From Mustelus asterias (taxonomy: Eukaryota), in NCBI RefSeq assembly GCF_964213995.1, contig NW_027592240.1, positions 1 through 59,772 on the forward strand: a DNA stretch of 59,772 nt, read 5' to 3'. Every line of letters starts with the position of its first letter. The first letter of the stretch is position 1. Shown piece after piece: positions 49,746 through 59,772 of the stretch. Below the pieces are notes generated by a model, which saw only the letters and a list, made by a program, of their open reading frames with translations, was not told the origin of the DNA and did no database searches. Position numbers and translations under genes: made by a program.

Positions 49746-50093
49746 TTGTTTTTGTTCATTTGTGGGACATGGGCGTCTCTGACTGGCCAGCATTTATTGC
49801 CCATCCCTAGTTGCCCGAGGGCTGTTGAGCATCAACCACGTTGCTGTAGCTCTGGAGTCACATGTAGGCCAGACCAGGTAAGGGCGGCAGATTTCCTGTG
49901 GTTGACTCTCAACTGCCCTCCAAGAGCAACGAGGGATGGACAATAAATGCTGACCAGCCAGTGGTGCCCATATCCCACGAATGAATAAAAAGAATTGGGC
50001 CCAATCTACTCAACCTCTCAGGCTCCACAGCCCTGAATGGTTTCCTCTTCCTATTTTCCTGGCTCCCCCTCACATACAGAGTGCGGATCTCAC

Positions 50094-50254
50094 CTGGGGC
50101 GGCTGGATGAATGCCAGCCAGTCAGAGGCGTGTGTGGGCAGCAGCCCCATTGCCTGGCACTTGTAGATGGCCAGGGCCAACCCCAGCAGGTTGCCGATGA
50201 AGTAGATGAGACGCTGCAGCCGGTGCTGATTCGAATTCCCCAGGACCCGAAAGA
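50094..50254 (-). CDS. EMC4: EMC4 coding exon 4
   Basis: [53 protein letters not shown]; AG/GT ends, phases consistent. Confidence 0.95.
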
Positions 50255-50299
50255 CTGAGAGCGAGAATGGAAAAGCAGGAAATTCAGGAACATGTGAGA

Positions 50300-51690
50300 A
50301 CCTTTCCTCATAACACAACACATCCATTTTAGGTATCAGTGTCTGGTAAACCGTCTCTGAACTGTCTCCAGCATACTTGCACACTTCCTTAAATAAGGTG
50401 ACCAATACTGCACACAGTACTCCAGATGTGGTCTCACTAGTGACCTGTACAACTGAAGCATAACCTCCCAAGTTCTGTATTTAATTCCCATCACAATGAA
50501 TGATAACATTCTATTAGTTTTCCTAATTACTTGCTGTACCTGCATATTAGACTTTTGTGATTTATGCACTCAGACACCCAGATCTTGATCAATTGTGCCA
50601 GTGGGCTGACGAATGGCAGATGGAGTTTAATTTAGACAAATGCGAGGTGATGCATTTTGGTAGATTGAACCAGGGCAGGACTTACTCAGTTAATGGTAGG
50701 GCGTTGGGGAGAGTTACAGAACAAAGAGATCTGAGGGTACATGTTCATAGCTCCTTGAAAGTGGAGTCACAGGTGGACAGAGTGGTGAAGAAGGCATTCG
50801 GCATGCTTGGTTTCATTGGTCAGAACATTGAATACAGGAGTTCGAATGTCTTGTTGAAGTTGTACAAGACATTGGTAAGGCCACACTTGCAATACTGTGT
50901 GCAGTTCTGGTCACCCTATTATAGAAAGGATATTATTAAACTAGAAAGAGTGCAGAAAAGATTTACCAGGATGCTACCGGGACTTGATGGATTGAGTTAA
51001 AAGGAGAGGATAGATAGACTGGGACGTTTTTCTTTGGAGCGTAGGAGGCTGAGGTGTGATCTTATAGAGGTCTATAAAATAATGAGGGGGCACAGATCAA
51101 CTAGACAGTCAATATCTTTTCCCAAAGGTAGGGGAGTCTAAAACTAGAGGGCATAGGTTTAAGGTGAGAGGGGAGAGATACAAAAGTGTCCAGAGAGGCA
51201 ATTTTTTCACACAGAGGATGGTGAATGTCTGGAACAAGCTGCCAGAGGTAGTAGCAGAGGCAAGTACAATTTTGTCTTTAAAAAAGCATTTAGATAGTTA
51301 CATGGGTACGATGGGTTTAGAGGGATATGGGCCAAATGCGGGCAATTGGGATTAGGTTCGGGATTTTAAAAAAGGAAGGGCGGCATGGACAAGTTGGGCC
51401 GAAGGGCCTGTTTCTATGCTGTAAACCTCTATGACTCGATCCCTCTGAATCTCTGAGCTCTGCAATCTCTCAAAATTTAGACAAAATGCTTCTTTTTCAT
51501 TCTTCCTGCCGAAATGGACAATTTCAAATTTGCCCACATTCTACTCCATTTGCCAGATATTTCCCCACTCACTTAACCTTTCTATCTTTCTGTACTCTCT
51601 GTATGTCCGCTTCACAACTTACTTTCCATCTATCTGTGTGTCATCGGCAAATTTGCCAAACATCCCTTCATCCAGTCATTCATATAAATT
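50300..51690. mobile_element. Old CR1 (-) interrupted by a younger HER1-type CR1 (+, ~50580-51436)
   Basis: WADEWQMEFNLDKCEVMHFG...RPHLQYCVQFWSPY on +; [14 protein letters not shown] and FEIVHFGRKN on -. Confidence 0.85.
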
Positions 51691-51884
51691 TGATTCCTTG
51701 CCCCAAATTTGATTCCTTGTCCACTATTTAGTTTAAAACCGTCTCTATTTTCCTCATCATGGGGTTCGCAAGAACACCGGCCCCAGCACAGTTCAGGTGT
51801 TGACTGTCCCAACGGCACAGATCCCACTTTACCCAGTACTGATGTCAGTGTCCCATGAACCAGAACCCACCTTCCACACCAGTT

Positions 51885-52497
51885 AGGGTGGCACAGTGGT
51901 TAGTACTGCTGCCGCACAACACCAGGGACTCGGTTCTATACTGGCTTAGAATCCCTACAATTCAGAAGGAGGCCATTCAGCCCATCGCTTCTGCGCCGAC
52001 CATAATCCCACCCCGGCCCTATCCCTGTAACACAACGTATTTACTCTGTTAGTCCCCCTGACACTATGGGACAACGAACCATAGCCAATCAATTTAACCC
52101 GCACATCTTTGAACTGTGGGAGGAAACCGGAGGACCCGGAGGAAACCCACGCAGACAGACAGAGAACATGAAAACTCCACACACACGGTCACTCGAGGCT
52201 GGAATTGAACCTGGGTCCCTGCCGCTGTGAGGCAGCAGTGCTAACCACTATGCCACCCCTTGGGTCACTATCTGTGCAGAGTTTGCACGTTCACCCTGTA
52301 TCTGTGTGGGTTTTCTCCGGGTGCTCCGGTTTTCTCCCAGTCTGAAAGACGTGCTGGTTAGGTGCACTGGCCACGCTAAATTCTCCCTCAGTGTACCCGA
52401 ACATGTACTGGAGTGTGGCGACTCGGGGATTCTCACAGTAACTTCATTGCAGTGTTAACGTAAGCCTACTTGTGACACTAATAAATAAACTTTAACG
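51885..52497. mobile_element. SINE stack: V-SINE (+) split by HE1 (-, ~51947-52260)
   Basis: Head at 51886, body resumes at 52260 with the alternative tail. Confidence 0.8.
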
Positions 52498-52504
52498 CAG
52501 CCTT

Positions 52505-53250
52505 TCAGTCACGCATTCATCCCTCCGATCTGATCTGTCCTATACCTATTAGCATGTGGCTCAGGTAATAATTCAGAGATTATAACCATTGAGGTTCTGC
52601 TTCTTAATTTAGTGCTTAGGTCCTCATATCGACACTGAAAATCTCCTTCTTTATCTCTGTTGTTTATACCTACATTGACGAGGACAACTGGAACCTTCCC
52701 CTCCCCACTGAAATTTCTTCTCCAGCCCTGATCAGATGTCCTGAACCCCGGCCCCAGACAGGCACCACAGCTGCCTTGATTCACATTCTTTACTGCAGAG
52801 AATGTGCCAATCCCTCTCACTATACTGTCCCCCATTATCACTGCATTCCTTTTTGCTCCCCTCACTAGAATGGCTTCCTGTACCACAGTGCCATGGGTAA
52901 TTGGTTCATCCATCCTGCAGCTCCCATTCATCCAAACAAGCTGAAAATACCTCAAACTGGCTGGACAATGTTAAAGGCTAAGGCTCCTGTCTGTGAGTTC
53001 CCTTATCTGTCTCACTCTCCTGTTCCTGACCACTGACCAAATCAGCAGACCCTGTGCCAAGAAGTGTGACTGCTCCCTGATACAAAGAATCCAGGTAACT
53101 TTCCCCCTCCCTGATGCATTGCAGTGTCTGTAGTTCAGCCTCCAGCTCATAAACTCTGAACCAGAGCTGCTTGAACTTCACTTACTGCAGACATGGTTGC
53201 CCTGGATCAAACTGACAGCCAGGAGCTCCCACATGCTGCAGCTGTGACAC
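52505..53250 (-). mobile_element. CR1 ORF1 remnant (coiled coil plus SGNH esterase-like domain)
   Basis: RVYELEAELQTL; VIMGDSIVRG...VNVGIN...VIISELLPEP. Confidence 0.75.
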
Positions 53251-53618
53251 ATCTTTAATGTGTGCGAATAAACTGTTTAATTATTTTACCTAATTACATA
53301 TTTTATTTTTGTTTTCAAGTATTTTAGTTTTTAAGTATTTTATTAACCTTACCACCAGTTGCTGTACTTTTTTAATCCTTAAGAATAGAATAAACCGTAG
53401 TCACTTCGCAGATCCTCACCAAAAATCTAGCTTCTTCTCCTGTCGAAGAGTAAGATCACTTCCTGACGGCTGAGAAAGTTAGAAAGCAAAACAGCACCTC
53501 TTTCCCTTTCTTCTCTAACTCCCTTAATTACCCAACTCCCAGAACTCTATTCTAAGCTACATTCAAGTGATGCCGGTTCAGAGCTGTTTCTGAGCTGCAG
53601 ATTCGATACAATACTCAC

Positions 53619-53772
53619 TTGCAGACATGGACATCAAGGCCTGTATGGGTCTCCAGGCCATCATGCACACCATCATGATAGGGAGGATGGAGATGGTGTT
53701 GCCAGCCATGTACATGATGAACAGATTCATGGGCAGCTGTTTCAATGGGCCCAAGGCAATGTCCCAGCAGCG
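53619..53772 (-). CDS. EMC4: EMC4 coding exon 3
   Basis: [51 protein letters not shown]; AG/GT ends. Confidence 0.97.
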
Positions 53773-53978
53773 CTGAAAACAGAAAGTGAGCAGGGTATCA
53801 GTAAAGGGGGCCGGTTAGGGGAGGCCATATACTGATCTTATACCCAGGCCTTGAAGTAAGCATGATGATTAACCCTTTATCACACAGGCTGCTGTGGTTC
53901 ACCAAGGTACTTCACCACTGTGGACAAACCAGGGGCGTTGTCAGTCACACACTAAAGACACATTCAAATCCAACTTAC

Positions 53979-54090
53979 TTTCTCAACCAGGATCCAGTCT
54001 GTTTCTTGGACACAGATGTCTGGCAGCTGTTTGTCCGAATATGCGACTGGGCATATGGAGTCTCTCTGGCCACACTGTTGATCACGGCTC
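53979..54090 (-). CDS. EMC4: EMC4 coding exon 2
   Basis: [37 protein letters not shown]; cacag|...|gtaagt. Confidence 0.93.
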
Positions 54091-54706
54091 CTGTGAGAAA
54101 CAGAAAACACAAATTGGTCACCCTTTCAAGACCTTCTTTAAAGAGGGAGTCTCTCTGTTGAGGACCCCAACGTGGTGGCAATAGTGCCAGCACGAACTAA
54201 AGCTTGGGCAAACCTCGGACACACACTGCCGTTGTGTCCACTGAACTGCCAGGGGAATGGAGAGATGCAGAAGTGGATTAGTGTCAATTGATAATCAGGG
54301 TGCCAATCCACTTGCCCTCCATTTAGGGACAAAGTGACAAATCACCAGATGTACCAAATTGTATCTTGAAAACAAACACTGCGGGACATTGAGAGAGATC
54401 CAGTTCAGCACCCGGCCCTGGAAACGAGCAATCGTTCCTCCAACCACCACCGCAGTTGGCACCTGATCAGGTGGAGGGGCTGAAACCAAAAGGGCATCTC
54501 AGGGTCATGACCTGGGGGATTTGAGGGGCTGCTTTGTGCTGAGGAGCTCGGTGAGGGGTAAAAGAGGCGTGAAAAACCCGGGGTTGGGAAGTTTTGGGTT
54601 GGTGCCACATCCCCGGGTCAGTGTGCGGTGGCCTCCCCTCAGGAGAGACGGGCTGACCCGGCTTGCCTCCTTCTCGAGCCCCCGGCTTCCCGCGCGGCCT
54701 CCGCAC

Positions 54707-54786
54707 CTGCTGCTGCCGCTCAAGTTAAGCTCGAGGGTCCACTTGTGCCAGCGCGCGCCGTGGACAAGCCCCGCCCCTGCCGCCAT
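54707..54786 (-). CDS. EMC4: EMC4 coding exon 1
   Basis: gtcATGG MAAGAGLVHGARWHKWTLELNLSGSSR|gtgcgg; the five exons total 543 nt = 180 aa plus stop. Confidence 0.9.
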
Positions 54787-55060
54787 GACAACGCCGCCGA
54801 CCGTTAACCGTCCCCCGCTTTCAAATCTGATTCAGATCAAGAGAAGAAGCCGCACACTTCCGTCAACAAAACGCTCCCGCTGCAATGCGCGCATGTGCGA
54901 TCCCAACCGCCTCAGCGTTCTGCGTGCACCGCCCTGCGTGCACCGCCCAAAGCCCCGCCCCCACATCGTCGTCATCTTTGTTAGGGGCACATCTGTTCCG
55001 ACTCTTCACCTTCTGGCCAAATGGAGCACGTTTGCCCCGCACAAAGATGGACATCACTTA
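54787..55060 (-). promoter_or_regulatory. EMC4 CpG-island promoter
   Basis: ETS cacttccg, NRF1 tgcgcgcatgtgcg, GC box ccccgcccc. Confidence 0.75.
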
Positions 55061-55185
55061 ATGTCAGAGATATTTGCAATATTGAGTCCAGATGACCCTT
55101 TGTCAAAGCAAAAAGACATAGAAAGTGGAAGATATTTATACTGCAGGGTGAGGGAATGAAACCAGGGGAAAATACTGCTCATGGT

Positions 55186-55828
55186 TGTGATGCGCGATAT
55201 ATCACACGGGAGGCAAGATGTACTCGGGAAATAAAGGCTTTTATTGCCAACAATAACAGAGCTACGGGGCGGCACGGTAGCACAGTGGTTAGCACTGCTG
55301 CTTCACAGCTCCAGGGTCCCAGGTTCGATTCCCGGCTCGGGTCACTGTCTGTGTGGAGTTTGCACATTCTCCTCGTGTCTGCGTGGGTTTCCTCCGGGTG
55401 CTCCGGTTTCCTCCCACAGTCCAAAGATGTGCGGGTTAGGTTGATTGGCCAGGTTAAAAATTGCCCCTTAGAGTCCTGAGATGCGTAGGTTAGAGGGATT
55501 AGCGGGTAAATGTGTGGGGGTAGGGCCTGGGTGGGATTGTGGTCGGTGCAGACTCGATGGGCCGAATGGCCTCCTTCTGCACTGTAGGGTTTCTATGATT
55601 TCTTCTATGATATACAATATACAATCCCAGACTAAAGGGCCACCAGGCAGAGCAGTGACCTTTATACCTCTCCCAGGAGGCGGAGCCAACTGGTGTGTAC
55701 CATAGGACTATATTAACAGGTAGAACAGCCCAACCCTAACCCCAACAGTAACATATCTACAGACTCATAGTACTGGCCAGACCCTGGCTCAGCACTACCT
55801 GGTGGCAACCAACAATGGTTCACCACAG
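55186..55828. mobile_element. Putative solo LTR (tgt...aca) interrupted by a young HE1 (+, 55267-55610)
   Basis: TG...CA ends, aataaa; full HE1 inside. Confidence 0.55.
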
Positions 55829-56753
55829 GTTGTCCACATTCTCTCTGTGGACAGCCATTACAGCACCAGGGACTCAGGTTTGTTTCTCGGCTTGGGGTGA
55901 CTGTGCGGAGTCCGCACGTTCTCCAGGTGCTCCTGTTTCCTCCCACACATCATCTTTTTCTTCTCATGAAAATCCAGTATTTCCGATCGCTCTGAATAAA
56001 TTTTGAGGTTCAAGTCAGAGCGAATAAATAAAAGCAAAAAACTGTGGATGCGAGAATCTGAAACAAAAACTGATAATGAACCCCTGTTCATTATTCAACA
56101 TTTAACATCAATACATTTATTTATTATGCATCTCCTCATTCTGAATTGAATATCTCTGACATATGCAGCATTGAATTGCAACTATAACTGGCCAACAAAA
56201 CAGATCGAGTCACTGGTTAATGCACTTCCCATGATGCTTATTTGAGATTGACCATAGTCAGTTTATCAACAAAATCAAATATGTTTAATGGGAAGAGATT
56301 TAAGAATGATCAGTTAGTTTATTCTGGGTGTGAAATATGCTGGCGCCTAAATCCCATTCATCTATCGGAAAGTCCAGTAGATCTGCAGTGAGCCTCGATT
56401 CCCTCAACAGCATGAATGGTTTTCCCTATATTATTATGAAAACGATTTTAAAAAGATGTTTCTGTGCAATGTGCACCACTTCCTCTAGTTCAGTTACAGT
56501 ATCACTTGTGTCTGTCTTTATGAGCACACACTACTATTCGACATGTTTCATGGATTGAACAAGTTGCTAATATATGCACGGTGTCAAAATACAAACATTT
56601 CTTTCCTGCAACGACATCTTAAAATGCACCATTTCTGATTTTCCTGAAAGCATTTGAGACCGAAGTCAAAACAAAGATAACATGGCGACAACATCGAGAA
56701 TTGGATAATGTTCAGCAAATAACCAAAATCATGCATACTTCCTGAAATGATAA

Positions 56754-56826
56754 AGTTTCTGTCTGGTTTTGAACCAGGGACTTCTTACGTGTTAGGCAAA
56801 CATGATAGCCACTACACTACAGAAAC
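56754..56826 (-). pseudogene. Degenerate tRNA-Val(AAC)
   Basis: GTTTCTGTAGTGTAGTGGCTATCATGTTTGCCTAACACGTAAGAAGTCCCTGGTTCAAAACCAGACAGAAAC with several stem and box mismatches. Confidence 0.8.
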
Positions 56827-56964
56827 TACCAGCAGTTAGGCGCAGCCAATCGACCTGTCTGCAAGGTTCAACTCTGCTGTGTTGCTGCAGGTTCTCATGG
56901 TTTGACTATCCACCAGTATCTATTACAAGCCCACCAACTCCCACAACTATCTTGACTGCAGCTC

Positions 56965-58200
56965 TTCACACCCCACATCCTGAAAGGACTCCATCCCATT
57001 CTCTTCATTCTTTCACCTCCGCTGCATCTGTTCTGATCTTACCACTTTCCTAAATAGCGTTGCAGATATGTCTTTCTTCTTCACCAGTTGTGGTTTTCCA
57101 CCCACTGTTGTTGACAGGGCTCTTGCCCCTGTCCACCCATCCCCCGAGCCACTGCTCTCACTCCCTCCCCTTCCTCTCAGAACCAGGACAAGGTTCCCCT
57201 TGTCTTCACTTTTCACCCAACCAGCCTCCGCATTCAAAGGATCATCTGCTGCCATTGCTGCCAATTCCAGCATGATGCCACTACCCAACACATCTTCCCC
57301 TCAGCCCCCCGCCCACTTCCCAGCATTCCACAAGGATCGTTCTCTCTGGGATACCCTGGTTCATGCCTCCATCCAACCAACATCCTATCCTCTACCCATG
57401 GCACCTTCCCATGCCATCGTAGAAGGTGCAACACCTGCCGCTTTATCTCCTCCCTATTCACTTCCCGGGTTCTAAACACCCCTTTCAAGTGAGGCAGCGC
57501 TTCACATGCACCTTCTTCAACCTGGTCTATTCAATTCGCTGCTGCCAATCCAGTCTACTCTACATCGGAGAGACCAAACACAAATTGGGTGACCACTTTG
57601 TTGAAAACCTTCAGTCCATCTGCAAGCAGGACCCAGACCTTCCTGTCACTTGCCCCTTCAAAACACCACCCTGCTCTCCTGCCCACATGTCCGTCCTTGG
57701 CCTTTTCCAATGTTCTCGTGAACCCCAATGCAAATTGGAGGAACAGAACCTCATCTTCCGATTGGGCACTTTACAGCCTTCCAGACTGAATATTGAGTTC
57801 AACAACTTCAGACCATGATTCTCCCCTCCACCTTCACCCCATTTCCATTTATTTTATTTCATTTTGTTTCTTCTTTTCATCTCATTCATCCATTTTATCA
57901 TATTTCTTTCTCACTTCCATTTTTCAACTTCTTCATCCCTGCTCTCCTTCTCGCCCACACCCGCCCCCTCCCCCCCACCAACTCCCCCTCCCCCCCTCCA
58001 TTCAGGGCAAACCATCTGTACCTCTGCTCTACCATTCTGATTAACACTTTTCACACCTCTCTCAGCCTTCTGCATTCTCCTTTTCATTCCCCTTGTCCAA
58101 TTACAGCACCCCCCCCTTCCACCCTCATAATATAAATCTTGTCTGATTTTCTTTGCCCTTAGCTCTGATGAAGGGTCATCCAAACTCGAAACGTTGGCGA
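56965..58200 (+). mobile_element. Penelope-like element 3' part with GIY-YIG endonuclease
   Basis: QRFTCTFFNLVYSIRCCQSSLLYIGETK...EEQNLIFRLGTLQPSRLN; hammerhead-like CUGAUGA...GAAACGUU at 58165-58195. Confidence 0.85.
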
Positions 58201-58802
58201 GTTACTCAATATTTGTTTCGTTTTCAATATTAAATATGAATCCATGTATTTAATACATACATCTTCATTCTGAGTTGAATATCTCGGGAATATGCAACAT
58301 TGCATTGCAAACATTACTGACCAATAAAAGAAATCGAGTTACTGGGTAATACACATTCCATGGTGCTTATTTGAGACCGTCAGCTTTTAAACAATATCAA
58401 ACATCCTAAAAGGGAAAAGATTTAATAATGATTTGCTAGTTATACTTGATCCCTCTTTATTCTGCATGTGAAACATTCTGGCGCCTAAATCCCGCTCATC
58501 TATAGAAAAGTCCAGCAGATCTACACTGAGTTTCGATTTACTCATCTCCCTGAGTGATTTTTCCCCATTTCTTTATAATGAAGAACAATTTTTAAAATAT
58601 GCTTCCGGGAAATGTGCGCCATTTCCTCTCGTTCAGTTACAGTTTCACTTGTGTCTGTCTTTATGAGCACACACGACTATGACACATGTTTCAGATGATG
58701 ATTAACTATGTTCGTCTGCACTTGTAAAACCATTATATTCTGTTATGGACTGAACAAGTTGCTAATATGCGCACAGTGTCAAAATACACACATTTATTTC
58801 CT

Positions 58803-59364
58803 AACCTAACCGCACATCTTTGGACTGTGGGAGGAAACCGGAGCACCCGGAGGAAACCCACGCAGACACGAGGAGAATGTGCAAACTCCACACAGACAGT
58901 GACCCGAGCCGGGAATCGAACCCAGGACCCTGGAGCTGTGAAGCAGCAGTGCTAACCACTGTGCTACCGTGCCGCGGGGCACACTACAGAACGTGATAAC
59001 CACTACACTACAGAAACAACTGATAGCATAGCGGGGCGGCACGGTAGCACAGTGGTTAGCACTGCTGCTTCACAGCTCCAGGGTCCTGGGTTCAATTCCC
59101 GGCTCGGGTCACTGTCTGTGTGGAGTTTGCACATTCTCCTCGTGTCTGCGTGGGTTTCCTCCGGGTGCTCCGGTTTCCTCCCACAGTCCAAAGATGTGCG
59201 GGTTAGGTTGATTGGCCAGGTTAAAAATTGCCCCTTAGAGTCCTGAGATGCGTAGGTTGGAGGGATTAGCGGGTAAATATGTGGGGGTAGGGCCTGGGTG
59301 GGATTGTGGTCGGTGCAGACTCGATGGGCCGAATGGCCTCCTTCTGCACTGTAGGGATTCTATG
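58803..59364. mobile_element. Composite insertion: HE1 (-) / tRNA-Val 5' fragment / HE1 (+)
   Basis: Flanked by atttcct at 58796-58802 and 59365-59371. Confidence 0.85.
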
Positions 59365-59529
59365 ATTTCCTCATTGCGTCTTAAAACACAGCATTTCTGA
59401 TTTTGCTGAAAGCATTTGTGGCCGAGTTCAGAGCAAAGACAACATGATTACAACATGGAGAATCGGACAATGTTCAGCAACAACTACCATGCAAAACTTC
59501 CCTCACGCTAAATGAAGAACTATAATTAA

Positions 59530-59602
59530 TGTTTCTGCCCGGTTTCGAACCGGGGACTTTTCGCGTGTGAGGCGAACGTGATAACCACTACACTACAGAA
59601 AC
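59530..59602 (-). tRNA. tRNA-Val(CAC)
   Basis: GTTTCTGTAGTGTAGTGGTTATCACGTTCGCCTCACACGCGAAAAGTCCCCGGTTCGAAACCGGGCAGAAACA; intact cloverleaf with A and B boxes. Confidence 0.93.
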
Positions 59603-59772
59603 AACTGATAGCATAGCGCCGCCAATTGGCCTGGCCACAATGTTCAACTCGACTGTGTTGCTGCAGGTTTGAATGGTTATACTGAGAGCCCATGTCACTC
59701 AATACAAGACAAAAACCGTTTCTTTCAACCTGATTTCTCAACTTATCTTGAACTTCAACCTTTAAAAGCGGT

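Larger units (their letters stand above)
56085..59700. repeat. Diverged tandem tRNA-Val repeat units (56085-56900 vs 58210-59680)
   Basis: Shared spacer blocks ctggcgcctaaatccc, ttcagttacag...cacttgtgtctgtc, catttctgatttt and the post-tRNA flank. Confidence 0.85.

Noticed and set aside
54521-55159. 212-aa plus-strand ORF
   Set aside because: GC-rich CpG-island shadow antisense to EMC4 exon 1
55267-55340. tRNA-like heads of SINEs as tRNA genes
   Set aside because: Followed by SINE core and tail; no proper cloverleaf
55156-55479. Recurrent small ORFs such as MDCGRKPEHPEETHADT and STVVSTAASQ
   Set aside because: Translations of HE1 SINE copies

Overview
Eukaryotic, repeat-rich vertebrate DNA. 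The HE1 SINE / HER1-type CR1 LINE content points to an elasmobranch (shark). Positions 1-44.7 kb hold a cluster of tandem C2H2 zinc-finger genes: six long ORFs, one ORF cut by the window edge and several pseudo-exons. They have no recognisable KRAB, SCAN or BTB domain. Each is built from paralogous CpG-island promoter, non-coding exon 1, intron-acceptor cassette, 'fossil finger' 5'UTR and 3'UTR modules. A complete five-exon EMC4 gene lies on the minus strand (49372-54786), and a diverged tandem tRNA-Val repeat occupies the right end. Interspersed elements include HE1/V-SINEs, CR1, Rex1/Babar, a Tx1-like LINE, Penelope-like elements carrying minimal hammerhead-ribozyme motifs, a GalEa-like copia remnant, an ERV integrase remnant and several minisatellites. 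One 2-kb minisatellite appears to have grown out of a zinc-finger gene's first exon. No CRISPR or prokaryotic system is present. All calls come from reading the sequence; no database searches were run.
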